The notes below the pieces were generated by a model that ran no database searches, was not told the origin of the DNA, and saw only the letters and a program-made list of their open reading frames with translations. Both the position numbers and the translations under genes were made by a program. A stretch of 64,000 nucleotides of DNA. It comes from Eledone cirrhosa. Lineage: Eukaryota. Numbering within the stretch: position 1 is the stretch's first letter; the number at the start of each line of letters is the position of its first letter. The DNA lies in NCBI GenBank assembly GCA_964016885.1, contig OZ024742.1:317254001-317318000 (forward strand), written 5' to 3'. Below, in pieces: positions 51,201-64,000 of this stretch.

Positions 51201-54200
51201 CTGAGGTGATGACTACGATGATGGCTATGACAAGATAATGAGAAGGGGGAGATGGTGGCTGAGGTGATGACTACGATAATGGTTATGACAAGATAATGAG
51301 AAGGGGGGAGATGGTGGCTGAGGTGATGACTACGAAGAGGGCTATGACAAGATGATGAGAAGGGGGGAGATGGTGGCTGAGGTGATGACTACGATGATGG
51401 CTATGACAAAGGGATGAGAAGGGGGAGATGGTGGCTGAAGTGATGACTAAGATGATGGCTATGACAAGATGATGAGAAGGGGGGGGCTGAAGTGATGACT
51501 AAGATGATGGCTATGACAAAGGGATGAGAAGGGGGAGATGGTGGCTGAAGTGATGACAAAGATGATGGCTATGACAAGATGATGAGAAGGGGGAGATGGT
51601 GGCTGAAGTGATGACTAAGATGATGGCTATGACAAGATGATGAGAAGGGGGGATGGTGGCTGAAGTGATAACTAAGATGATGGCTATGACAAGATGATGA
51701 GAAGGGGGAGATGGTGGCTGAAGTTATGACTACGATGATGGCTATGACAAGATGATGAGAAGGGGGAGATGGTGGCTGAAGTGATGACTACGATGATGGC
51801 TATGACAAGATGATGAGAAGGGGGGATATGGTGGCTGAGGTGATGACTAACATGATGGCTATGACAAGATGATGTGAAGGGTCGAGATGGTGGCTGAGGT
51901 GATGACTAAAATGATGGCTATGACAAGATGATGAGAAGGGGGAGATGGTGGCTGAGGTGATGACTACGATGATGGCTATGACAAAGGGATGAGAAGGGGG
52001 GAGATGGTGGCTGAAGTGATGACTACGATGAAAGCTATGACAAAAGGATGAGAAGGGGGGAGATGGTGGCTGAGGTGATGACTACGATGATGGCTATGAC
52101 AAAGGGATGAGAAGGGGGGAGATGGTGACTGAAGTGATGACTACGATGATGGCTATGACATGTTAATGAGAAGGGGGGAGATGGTGGCTGAGGTGATGAC
52201 TACGATGATGGCTATGACAAGATGATGAGAAGGGGGGAGATGGTGGCTGAGGTGATGACTACGATGATGGCTATGACAAAGGGATGAGAAGGGGGGAGAT
52301 GGTGGCTGAAGTGATGACTACGATGATGGCTATGACATGTTAATGAGAAGGGTGGAGATGGTGGCTGAGGTGATGACTACGATGATGGCTATGACAAGAT
52401 GATGAGAAGGGGGGAGATGGTGGCTGAGGTGATGACTACGATGATGGCTATGACAAAGGGATGAGAAGGGGGGAGATGGTGGCTGAAGTGATGACTACGA
52501 TGATGGCTATGACATGTTAATGAGAAGGGGGGAGATGGTGGCTGAGGTGATGACTACGATGATGGCTATGACAAGATGATGAGAAGGGGGGAGATGGTGG
52601 CTGAGGTGATGACTACGATGATGGCTATGACAAAGGGATGAGAAGGGGGGAGATGGTGGCTGAAGTGATGACTACCATGATGGCTATGACATGTTAATGA
52701 GAAGGGGGGAGATGGTGGCTGAGGTGATGACTACGATGATGGCTATGACAAGATGATGAGAAGGGGGGAGATGGTGGCTGAGGTGATGACTACGATGATG
52801 GCTCTGACAAAGGGATGAGAAGGGGGGAGATGGTGGCTGAAGTGATGACTACGATGATGGCTATGACATGTTAATGAGAAGGGGGGAGATGGTGGCTGAG
52901 GTGATGACTACGATGATGGCTATGACAAGATGATGATAAGGGGGGAGATGGTGGCTGAGGTGATGACTACGATGATGGCTATGACAAAGGGATGAGAAGG
53001 GGGAGATGGTGGCTGAAGTGATGACTACGATAATGGTTATGACAAGATAATGAGAAGGGGGGAGATGGTGGCTGAGGTGATGACTACGATGATGGCTATG
53101 ACAAGATGATGATAAGGGGGGAGATGGTGGCTGAGGTGATGACTACGATAATGGTTATGACAAGATAATGAGAAGGGGGGAGATGGTGGCTGAGGTGATG
53201 ACTACGATAATGGTTATGACAAGATAATGAGAAGGGGGGAGATGGTGGCTGAGGTGATGACTACGATGATGGCTATGACAAGATAATGAGAAGGAGGAGA
53301 TGGTGGCTGAGGGGATGACTACGATGATGGCTATGACAAGATAATGAGAAGGGGAGATGGTGGCTGAGTGATGACTACGATGATGGCTATGACAAGATAA
53401 TGAGAAGGGGGGAGATGGTGGCTGAGGTGATGACTACGATGATGGCTATGACATGTTAATGAGAAGGGGAGATGGTGGCTGAGGTGATGACTACGATGAT
53501 GGCTATGACAAGATAATGAGAAGGGGGAGATGGTGGCTGAGGTGATGACTACGATAATGGTTATGACAAGATAATGAGAAGGGGGGAGATGGTGGCTGAG
53601 GTGATGACTACGAAGAGGGCTATGACAAGATGATGAGAAGGGGGGAGATGGTGGCTGAGGTGATGACTACGATGATGGCTATGACAAAGGGATGAGAAGG
53701 GGGAGATGGTGGCTGAAGTGATGACTAAGATGATGGCTATGACAAGATGATGAGAAGGGGGGGGCTGAAGTGATGACTAAGATGATGGCTATGACAAAGG
53801 GATGAGAAGGGGGAGATGGTGGCTGAAGTGATGACAAAGATGATGGCTATGACAAGATGATGAGAAGGGGGAGATGGTGGCTGAAGTGATGACTAAGATG
53901 ATGGCTATGACAAGATGATGAGAAGGGGGGATGGTGGCTGAAGTGATGACTAAGATGATGGCTATGACAAGATGATGAGAAGGGGGAGATGGTGGCTGAA
54001 GTTATGACTACGATGATGGCTATGACAAGATGATGAGAAGGGGGAGATGGTGGCTGAAGTGATGACTACGATGATGGCTATGACAAGATGATGAGAAGGG
54101 GGGATATGGTGGCTGAGGTGATGACTAACATGATGGCTATGACAAGATGATGTGAAGGGTCGAGATGGTGGCTGAGGTGATGACTAAAATGATGGCTATG

Positions 54201-57200
54201 ACAAGATGATGAGAAGGGGGAGATGGTGGCTGAGGTGATGACTACGATGATGGCTATGACAAAGGGATGAGAAGGGGGGAGATGGTGGCTGAAGTGATGA
54301 CTACGATGAAAGCTATGACAAAAGGATGAGAAGGGGGGAGATGGTGGCTGAGGTGATGACTACGATGATGGCTATGACAAAGGGATGAGAAGGGGGGAGA
54401 TGGTGACTGAAGTGATGACTACGATGATGGCTATGACATGTTAATGAGAAGGGGGGAGATGGTGGCTGAGGTGATGACTACGATGATGGCTATGACAAGA
54501 TGATGAGAAGGGGGGAGATGGTGGCTGAGGTGATGACTACGATGATGGCTATGACAAAGGGATGAGAAGGGGGGAGATGGTGGCTGAAGTGATGACTACG
54601 ATGATGGCTATGACATGTTAATGAGAAGGGGGGAGATGGTGGCTGAGGTGATGACTACGATGATGGCTATGACAAGATGATGAGAAGGGGGGAGATGGTG
54701 GCTGAGGTGATGACTACGATGATGGCTATGACAAAGGGATGAGAAGGGGGGAGATGGTGGCTGAAGTGATGACTACGATGATGGCTATGACATGTTAATG
54801 AGAAGGGGGGAGATGGTGGCTGAGGTGATGACTACGATGATGGCTATGACAAGATGATGAGAAGGGGGGAGATGGTGGCTGAGGTGATGACTACGATGAT
54901 GGCTATGACAAAGGGATGAGAAGGGGGGAGATGGTGGCTGAAGTGATGACTACCATGATGGCTATGACATGTTAATGAGAAGGGGGGAGATGGTGGCTGA
55001 GGTGATGACTACGATGATGGCTATGACAAGATGATGAGAAGGGGGGAGATGGTGGCTGAGGTGATGACTACGATGATGGCTCTGACAAAGGGATGAGAAG
55101 GGGGGAGATGGTGGCTGAAGTGATGACTACGATGATGGCTATGACATGTTAATGAGAAGGGGGGAGATGGTGGCTGAGGTGATGACTACGATGATGGCTA
55201 TGACAAGATGATGATAAGGGGGGAGATGGTGGCTGACGTGATGACTACGATGATGGCTATGACAAAGGGATGAGAAGGGGGAGATGGTGGCTGAAGTGAT
55301 GACTACGATGAAGGCTATGACAAAAGGATGAGAAGGGGGGAGATGGTGGCTGAGGTGATGACTACGATGATGGCTATGACAAAGGGATGAGAAGGGGGAG
55401 ATGGTGGCTGAAGTGATGACTACGATGATGGCTATGACAAAAGGATGAGAAGCGGGGAGATGGTGGCTGAGGTGATGACTACGATGAAGGCTGTGACAAA
55501 AGGATGAGAAGGGGGAGATGGTGGCTGAGGTAATGACTACGATGATGGCTATGACAAAAGGATGAGAAGGGGGGAGATGGTGGCTGAGGTGATGACTACG
55601 ATGATGGCTATGACAAAAGGATAAGAAAGGGGAGATGGTGGCTGAGGTGATGACTACGATGATGGCTATGACAAAAGGATGAGAAGGGGGGAGATGGTGG
55701 CTGAGGTGATGACTACGATGATGGCTATGACAAAAGGATGAGAAAGGGGAGATGGTGGCTGAGGTGATGACTACGATGATGGCTATGACAAGATGATTAG
55801 AAGGGGCGATATGGTGGCTGAGGTGATGACTAAAATGATGGCTATGACAAGATGATGAGAAGGGGGAGATGGTGGCTGAGGTGATGACTACGATGATGGC
55901 TATGACAAGATGATTAGAAGGGGCGATATGGTGGCTGAGGTGATGACTAAAATGATGGCTATGACAAGATGATGAGAAGGGGGAGATGGTGGCTGAGGTG
56001 ATGACTACGATGATGGCTATGACAAGATGATGAGAAGGGGGAGATGGTGGCTGAGGTGATCACTGCGATGATGGCTATGACAAAAGTATGAGAAGGGAGC
56101 AGATGGTGGCTGAAGTGATGACTACGATGATTGCTATGACAAAAGGATGAGAAGGGGGAGATGATGGCTGAAGTGATGACTACGATGATTGCTATGACTT
56201 AAGGATGTGAAGGGGGGATATGGTGGCTGAAGTGATGACTACGATGATTGCTATGACAAAACGATGAAAAGGGGGGATATGGTGGCTGAAGTGATGACTA
56301 CGATGATTGCTATGACAAAGGGATGTGAAGGGAGGAGATGGTGGCTGAAGTGATGACTACGATGATTGCTATGACTTAAGGATGAGAAGGGAGGTGATGG
56401 TGGCTGAAGTGATGACTGATTATTGCTATGACAAAGGGATGAGAAGGGGGGAGATGGTGGCTGAGGTGATGACTACGATGATGGCTATGACAAAGGGAGG
56501 AGAAGGGGGATATGGTGGCTGAAGTGATGACTACGATGATTGCTATGACAAAAGGATGTGAAGGGAGGAGATGGTGGCTGAAGTGATGACTACGATGATT
56601 GCTATGACTTAAGGATGTGAAGGGAGGAGATGGTGGCTGAAGTGATGACTACGATGATGGCTATGACAAAAGGATGAGAAGGGAGGAGATGGTGGCTGAA
56701 GTGATGACTACGATGATTGCTATGACAAAAGGATGAGAAGGGGGGAGATGGTGGCTGGATTGATGACTATGATGATTGCTATGACAAAAGGATGAGAAGG
56801 GGGGATATGGTGGCTGAAGTGATGACTACGATGATGGCTATGATAAAAGGATGAGAAGGGAGGAGATGGTGGCTGAAGTGATGACTATGATGATTGCTAT
56901 GACAAAAGGATGAGAAGGGAGGAGATGGTGGCTGAAGTGATGACTAAGATGATGGCTATGACAAGATGATGAGAAGGGGGGATGGTGGCTGAAGTGATGA
57001 CTAAGATGATGGCTATGACAAGATGATGAGAAGAGGGAGATGGTGGCTGAAGTGATGACTACGATGATTGTTATGACAAAAGGATGAGAAGGGAGGAGAT
57101 GGTGGCTGAAGTGATGACTACGATGATTGCTATGACTTAAGGATGTGAAGGGAGGAGATGGTGGCTGAAGTGATGACTACGATGATTGCTATGACTTAAG

Positions 57201-60200
57201 GATGTGAAGGGAGGAGATAGTGGCTGAAGTGTTGACTACGATGATTGCTATGACTTAAGGATGTGAAGGGAGGAGATGGTGGCTGAAGTGATGACTACGA
57301 TGATGGCTATGACAAAAGGATGTGAAGGGAGGAGATGGTGGCTGAAGTGATGACTACGATGATTGCTATGACTTAAGGATGTGAAGGGGGGATATGGTGG
57401 CTGAAGTGATGACTATGATGATTGCTATGACAAAAGGATGAGAAGAGAGGAGATGGTGGCTGAAGTGATGACTACGATGATTGCTATGACTTAAGGATGT
57501 GAAGGGAGGAGATGGTGGCTGAAGTGATGACTACGATGATGGCTATGACTTAAGGATGTGAAGGGAGGAGATGGTGGCTGAAGTGATGACTACGATGATG
57601 GCTATGACAAAAGGATGTGAAGGGAGGAGATGGTGGCTGAAGTGATGACTACGATGATTGCTATGACTTAAGGATGTGAAGGGGGGATATGGTGGCTGAA
57701 GTGATGACTACGATGATGGCTATGACAAAACGATGATAAGGGAGGAGATGGTGGCTGAAGTGATGACTACGATGATGGCTATGACAAAACGATGAGAAGG
57801 GAGGAGATGGTGGCTGAAGTGATGACTACGACGATTGCTATGACAAAAGGATGAGAAGGGAGGAGATGGTGGCTGAAGTGATGACTACGATGATGGCTAT
57901 GACTTAAGGATGTGAAGGGGGATATGGTGGCTTAAATGTTGACTACGATGATTGCTATGACTTAAGGATGTGAAGGGAGGAGATGGTGGCTGAAGTGATG
58001 ACTACGATGATGGCTATGACTTAAGGATGTGAACGGAGGAGATGGTGGCTGAAGTGATGACTACGATTATTGCTATGACTTAAGGATGTGAAGGGAGGAG
58101 ATGGTGGCTGAGGTGATGACTACGATGATGGCTATGACATGTTAATGAGAAGGGGAGATGGTGGCTGAAGTGATGACTACGATGATGGCTATGACAAGAT
58201 AATGAGAAGGGGGGAGATGGTGGCTGAGGTGATGACTACGATAATGGTTATGACAAGATAATGAGAAGGGGGGAGATGGTGGCTGAGGTGATGACTACGA
58301 TGATGGCTATGACAAGATGATGAGAAGGGGGGAGATGGTGGCTGAGGTGATGACTACGATGATGGCTATGACAAAGGGATGAGAAGGGGGAGATGGTGGC
58401 TGAAGTGATGACTAAGATGATGGCTATGACAAGATGATGAGAAGGGGGGGGATGGTGGCTGAAGTGATGACTAAGATGATGGCTATGACAAAGGGATGAG
58501 AAGGGAGAGATGGTGGCTGAAGTGATGACAAAGATGATGGCTATGACAAGATGATGAGAAGGGGGAGATGGTGGCTGAAGTGATGACTAAGATGATGGCT
58601 ATGACAAGATGATGAGAAGGGGGGATGGTGGCTGAAGTGATGACTAAGATGATGGCTATGACAAAATGATGAGAAGGGGGAGATGGTGGCTGAAGTTATG
58701 ACTACGATGATGGCTATGACAAGATGATGAGAAGGGGGAGATGGTGGCTGAAGTGATGACTACGATGATGGCTATGACAAGATGATGAGAAAGGGGGATA
58801 TGGTGGCTGAGGTGATGACTAACATGATGGCTATGACAAGATGATGTGAAGGGTGGAGATGGTGGCTGAGGTGATGACTACGATGATGGCTATGACAAAG
58901 GGATGAGAAGGGGGGAGATGGTGGCTGAAGTGATGACTACGATGAAGGCTATGACAAAAGGATGAGAAGGGGGGAGATGGTGCCTGAGGTGATGACTACG
59001 ATGAAGGCTATGACAAAAGGATGAGAAGGGGGAGATGGTGGCTGAGGTGATGACTACGATGATGGCTATGACAAAAGGATGAGAAGGGGGGAGATGGTGG
59101 CTGAGGTGATGACTACGATGATGACTATGACAAAAGGATGAGAAAGGGGAGATGGTGGCTGAGGTGATGACTACGATGATGGCTATGACAAAAGGATAAG
59201 AAGGGGGGAGATGGTGGCTGAGGTGATGACTACGATGATGGCTATGACAAGATGATGTGAAGGGTGGAGGTGGTGGCTGAGGTGATGACTACGATGATTG
59301 CTATGACTTAAGGATGTGAAGGGAGGAGATGGTGGCTGAAGTGATGACTACGATGATGGCTATGACAAGATGATTAGAAGGGGGAGATGGTGGCTGAGGT
59401 GATGACTACGATGATGGCTATGACAAGATGATGAGAAGGAGGAGATGGTGGCTGAGGTGATGACTACGATGATGGCTATGACAAAAGGATGAGAAGGGAG
59501 GAGATGGTGGCTGAAGTGATGACTACGATGATTGCTATGACAAAAGGATGAGAAGGGGGAGATGGTGGCTGAAGTGATGACTACGATGATTGCTATCACT
59601 TAAGGATTTGAAGGGGGGATATGGTGGCTGAAGTGATGACTACGATGATTGCTATGACAAAACGATGAAAAGGGGCGATATGGTGGCTGAAGTGATGACT
59701 ACGATGATTGCTATGACAAAGGGATGTGAAGGGAGGAGATGGTGGCTGAAGTGATGACTACGATGATTGCTATGACTTAAGGATGAGAAGGGAGGTGATG
59801 GTGGCTGAAGTGATGACTATGATGATTGCTATGACAAAGGGATGAGAAGGGGGGAGATGGTGGCTGAGGCGATGACTACGATGATGGCTATGACAAAGGG
59901 AGGAGAAGGGGGATATGGTGGCTGAAGTGATGACTACGATGATTGCTATGACAAAAGGATGTGAAGGGAGGAGATGGTGGCTGAAGTGATGACTACGATG
60001 ATTGCTATGACTTAAGGATGTGAAGGGAGGAGATGGTGGCTGAAGTGATGACTACGATGATGGCTATGACAAAAGGATGAGAAGGGAGGAGATGGTGGCT
60101 GAAGTGATGACTACGATGATTGCTATGACAAAAGGATGAGAAGGGGGGAGATGGTGGCTGGATTGATGACTATGATGATTGCTATGACAAAAGGATGAGA

Positions 60201-63200
60201 AGGGAGGAGATGGTGGCTGAAGTGATGACTATGATGATTGCTATGACAAAAGGATGAGAAGGGAGGAGATGGTGGCTGATGTGATGACTAAGATGATGGC
60301 TATGACAAGATGATGAGAAGGGGGGATGGTGGCTGAAGTGATGACTAAGATGATGGCTATGACAAGATGATGAGAAGGGGGAGATGGTGGCTGAAGTGAT
60401 GACTACGATGATTGCTATGACAAAAGGATGAGAAGGGAGGAGATGGTGGCTGAAGTGATGACTACGATGATTGCTATGACTTAAGGATGTGAAGGGAGGA
60501 GATGGTGGCTGAAGTGATGACTACGATGATTGCTATGACTTAAGGATGTGAAGGGAGGAGATAGTGGCTGAAGTGATGACTACGATGATTGCTATGACTT
60601 AAGGATGTGAAGGGAGGAGATGGTGGCTGAAGTGATGACTACGATGATGGCTATGACAAAAGGATGTGAAGGGAGGAGATGGTGGCTGAAGTGATGACTA
60701 CGATGATTGCTATGACTTAAGGATGTGAAGGGGGGATATGGTGGCTGAAGTGATGACTACGATGATTGCTATGACAAAAGGATGAGAAGAGAGGAGATGG
60801 TGGCTGAAGTGATGACTACGATGATTGCTATGACTTAAGGATGTGAAGGGAGGAGATGGTGGCTGAAGTGATGACTACGATGATGGCTATGACTTAAGGA
60901 TGTGAAGGGAGGAGATGGTGGCTGAAGTGATGACTACGATGATGGCTATGACAAAAGGATGTGAAGGGAGGAGATGGTGGCTGAAGTGATGACTACGATG
61001 ATTGCTATGACTTAAGGATGTGAAGGGGGGATATGGTGGCTGAAGTGATGACTACGATGATGGCTATGACAAAACGATGAGAAGGGAGGAGATGGTGGCT
61101 GAAGTGATGACTACGATGATGGCTATGACAAAACGATGAGAAGGGAGGAGATGGTGGCTGAAGTGATGACTACGACGATTGCTATGACAAAAGGATGAGA
61201 AGGGAGGAGATGGTGGCTGAAGTGATGACTACGATGATGGCTATGACTTAAGGATGTGAAGGGAGATATGGTGGCTGAAATGATGACTACGATGATTGCT
61301 ATGACTTAAGGATGTGAAGGGAGGATATGGTGGCTGAAGTGATGACTACGATGATGGCTATGACTTAAGGATGTGAAGGGAGGAGATGGTGGCTGAAGTG
61401 ATGACTACGATGATGGCTATGACTTAAGGATGTGAAGGGAGGAGATGGTGGCTGAAGTGATGACTACTATGATTGCTATGACTTAAGGATGTGAAGGGAG
61501 GAGATGGTGGCTGAAGTGATGACTACGATGATTGCTATGACTTAAGGATGTGAAGGGAGGAGATGGTGGCTGAAGTGATGACTACGATGATTGCTATGAC
61601 TTAAGGATGTGAAGGGAGGAGATGGTGGCTGAAGTGATGACTACGATGATTGCTATGACTTAAGGATGTGAAGGGGGGATATGGTGGCTGAAATGATGAC
61701 TACGATGATTGCTATGACTTAAGGATGTGAAGGGAGGAGATGGTGGCTGAAGTGATGACTACGATGATTGCTATGACTTAAGGATGTGAAGGGAGGAGAT
61801 GGTGGCTGAAGTGATGACTACGATGATGGCTATGACTTAAGGATGTGAAGGGGGGATATGGTGGCTGAAGTGATGACTACGATGATTGCTATGACTTAAG
61901 GATGTGAAGGGAGGAGATGGTGGCTGAAGTGATGACTACGATGATGGCTATGACTTAAGGATGTGAAGGGAGGAGATGGTGGCTGAAGTGATGACTACGA
62001 TGATGGCTATGACTTAAGGATGTGAAGGGAGGAGATGGTGGCTGAAGTGATGACTACGATGATTGCTATGACAAAAGGATGAGAAGGGGGGAGATGGTGG
62101 CTGGATTGATGACTATGATGATTGCTATGACAAAAGGATGAGAAGGGAGGAGATGGTGGCTGAAGTGATGACTATGATGATTGCTATGACAAAAGGATGA
62201 GAAGGGAGGAGATGGTGGCTGAAGTGATGACGACGATGATGGCTATGACAAGATGATGAGAAAGGGGGATATGGTGGCTGAGGTGATGACTAACATGATG
62301 GCTATGACAAGATGATGTGAAGGGTGGAGATGGTGGCTGAGGTGATGACTACGATGATGGCTATGACAAAGGGATGAGAAGGGGGGAGATGGTGGCTGAA
62401 GTGATGACTACGATGAAGGCTATGACAAAAGGATGAGAAGGGGGGAGATGGTGCCTGAGGTGATGACTACGATGAAGGCTATGACAAAAGGATGAGAAGG
62501 GGGAGATGGTGGCTGAGGTGATGACTACGATGATGGCTATGACAAAAGGATGAGAAGGGGGGAGATGGTGGCTGAGGTGATGACTACGATGATGACTATG
62601 ACAAAAGGATGAGAAAGGGGAGATGGTGGCTGAGGTGATGACTACGATGATGGCTATGACAAAAGGATAAGAAGGGGGGAGATGGTGGCTGAGGTGATGA
62701 CTACGATGATGGCTATGACAAGATGATGTGAAGGGTGGAGGTGGTGGCTGAGGTGATGACTACGATGATTGCTATGACTTAAGGATGTGAAGGGAGGAGA
62801 TGGTGGCTGAAGTGATGACTACGATGATGGCTATGACAAGATGATTAGAAGGGGGAGATGGTGGCTGAGGTGATGACTACGATGATGGCTATGACAAGAT
62901 GATGAGAAGGAGGAGATGGTGGCTGAGGTGATGACTACGATGATGGCTATGACAAAAGGATGAGAAGGGAGGAGATGGTGGCTGAAGTGATGACTACGAT
63001 GATTGCTATGACAAAAGGATGAGAAGGGGGAGATGGTGGCTGAAGTGATGACTACGATGATTGCTATCACTTAAGGATTTGAAGGGGGGATATGGTGGCT
63101 GAAGTGATGACTACGATGATTGCTATGACAAAACGATGAAAAGGGGCGATATGGTGGCTGAAGTGATGACTACGATGATTGCTATGACAAAGGGATGTGA

Positions 63201-64000
63201 AGGGAGGAGATGGTGGCTGAAGTGATGACTACGATGATTGCTATGACTTAAGGATGAGAAGGGAGGTGATGGTGGCTGAAGTGATGACTATGATGATTAC
63301 TATGACAAAGGCATGAGAAGGGGGGAGATGGTGGCTGAGGCGATGACTACGATGATGGCTATGACAAAGGGAGGAGAAGGGGGATATGGTGGCTGAAGTG
63401 ATGACTACGATGATTGCTATGACAAAAGGATGTGAAGGGAGGAGATGGTGGCTGAAGTGATGACTACGATGATTGCTATGACTTAAGGATGTGAAGGGAG
63501 GAGATGGTGGCTGAAGTGATGACTACGATGATGGCTATGACAAAAGGATGAGAAGGGAGGAGATGGTGGCTGAAGTGATGACTACGATGATTGCTATGAC
63601 AAAAGGATGAGAAGGGGGGAGATGGTGGCTGGATTGATGACTATGATGATTGCTATGACAAAAGGATGAGAAGGGAGGAGATGGTGGCTGAAGTGATGAC
63701 TATGATGATTGCTATGACAAAAGGATGAGAAGGGAGGAGATGGTGGCTGAAGTGATGACTAAGATGATGGCTATGACAAGATGATGAGAAGGGGGGATGG
63801 TGGCTGAAGTGATGACTAAGATGATGGCTATGACAAGATGATGAGAAGGGGGAGATGGTGGCTGAAGTGATGACTACGATGATTGCTATGACAAAAGGAT
63901 GAGAAGGGAGGAGATGGTGGCTGAAGTGATGACTACGATGATTGCTATGACTTAAGGATGTGAAGGGAGGAGATGGTGGCTGAAGTGATGACTACGATGA
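48275..64000. repeat. 58-59-bp satellite array, >15.7 kb (~270 monomers), running off the window
   Basis: Monomer gagaagggggg-agatggtggctga(g/a)gtgatgactacgatgat(g/t)gctatgac-(aagat/aaaag/ttaag/atgtt)-(a/g)at. Length varies mainly in the G-run. Confidence 0.98.

Noticed and set aside
48275-64000. CRISPR array or repetitive protein gene
   Set aside because: There are no unique spacers or cas genes, monomer lengths are mostly not multiples of 3, and stop codons are frequent. The two 79-aa ORFs are chance products.

Overview
Repeat-dominated, gene-poor eukaryotic DNA. The (TA)n/(CA)n richness and the SINE families resemble octopus/cephalopod DNA (inference). No intact host gene is evident. (1) 1-24.3 kb: microsatellite-rich sequence with tRNA-derived SINEs, MITEs and many small fold-back elements sitting in (TA)n tracts. 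Several of these contain type I hammerhead ribozyme (HHR) motifs. One is a 562-bp tandem/inverted array whose HHR has a compensatory U3:A8 core and a 27-bp G-U-rich stem III; its catalytic GAAA is intact in the inverted copy and changed to CCAA in three tandem copies. (2) 24.4-46.3 kb: four decayed Tx1-like non-LTR retrotransposons (two +, two -), each bounded by (TTA)n/(TAA)n, converge on an R4/Dong-like fragment. One carries a solo-LTR-like insert. (3) 47.2-48.2 kb: trinucleotide repeat mosaic. (4) 48.3-64 kb: a 58-59-bp satellite with kb-scale higher-order duplications. All RNA folds and alignments were made by eye.
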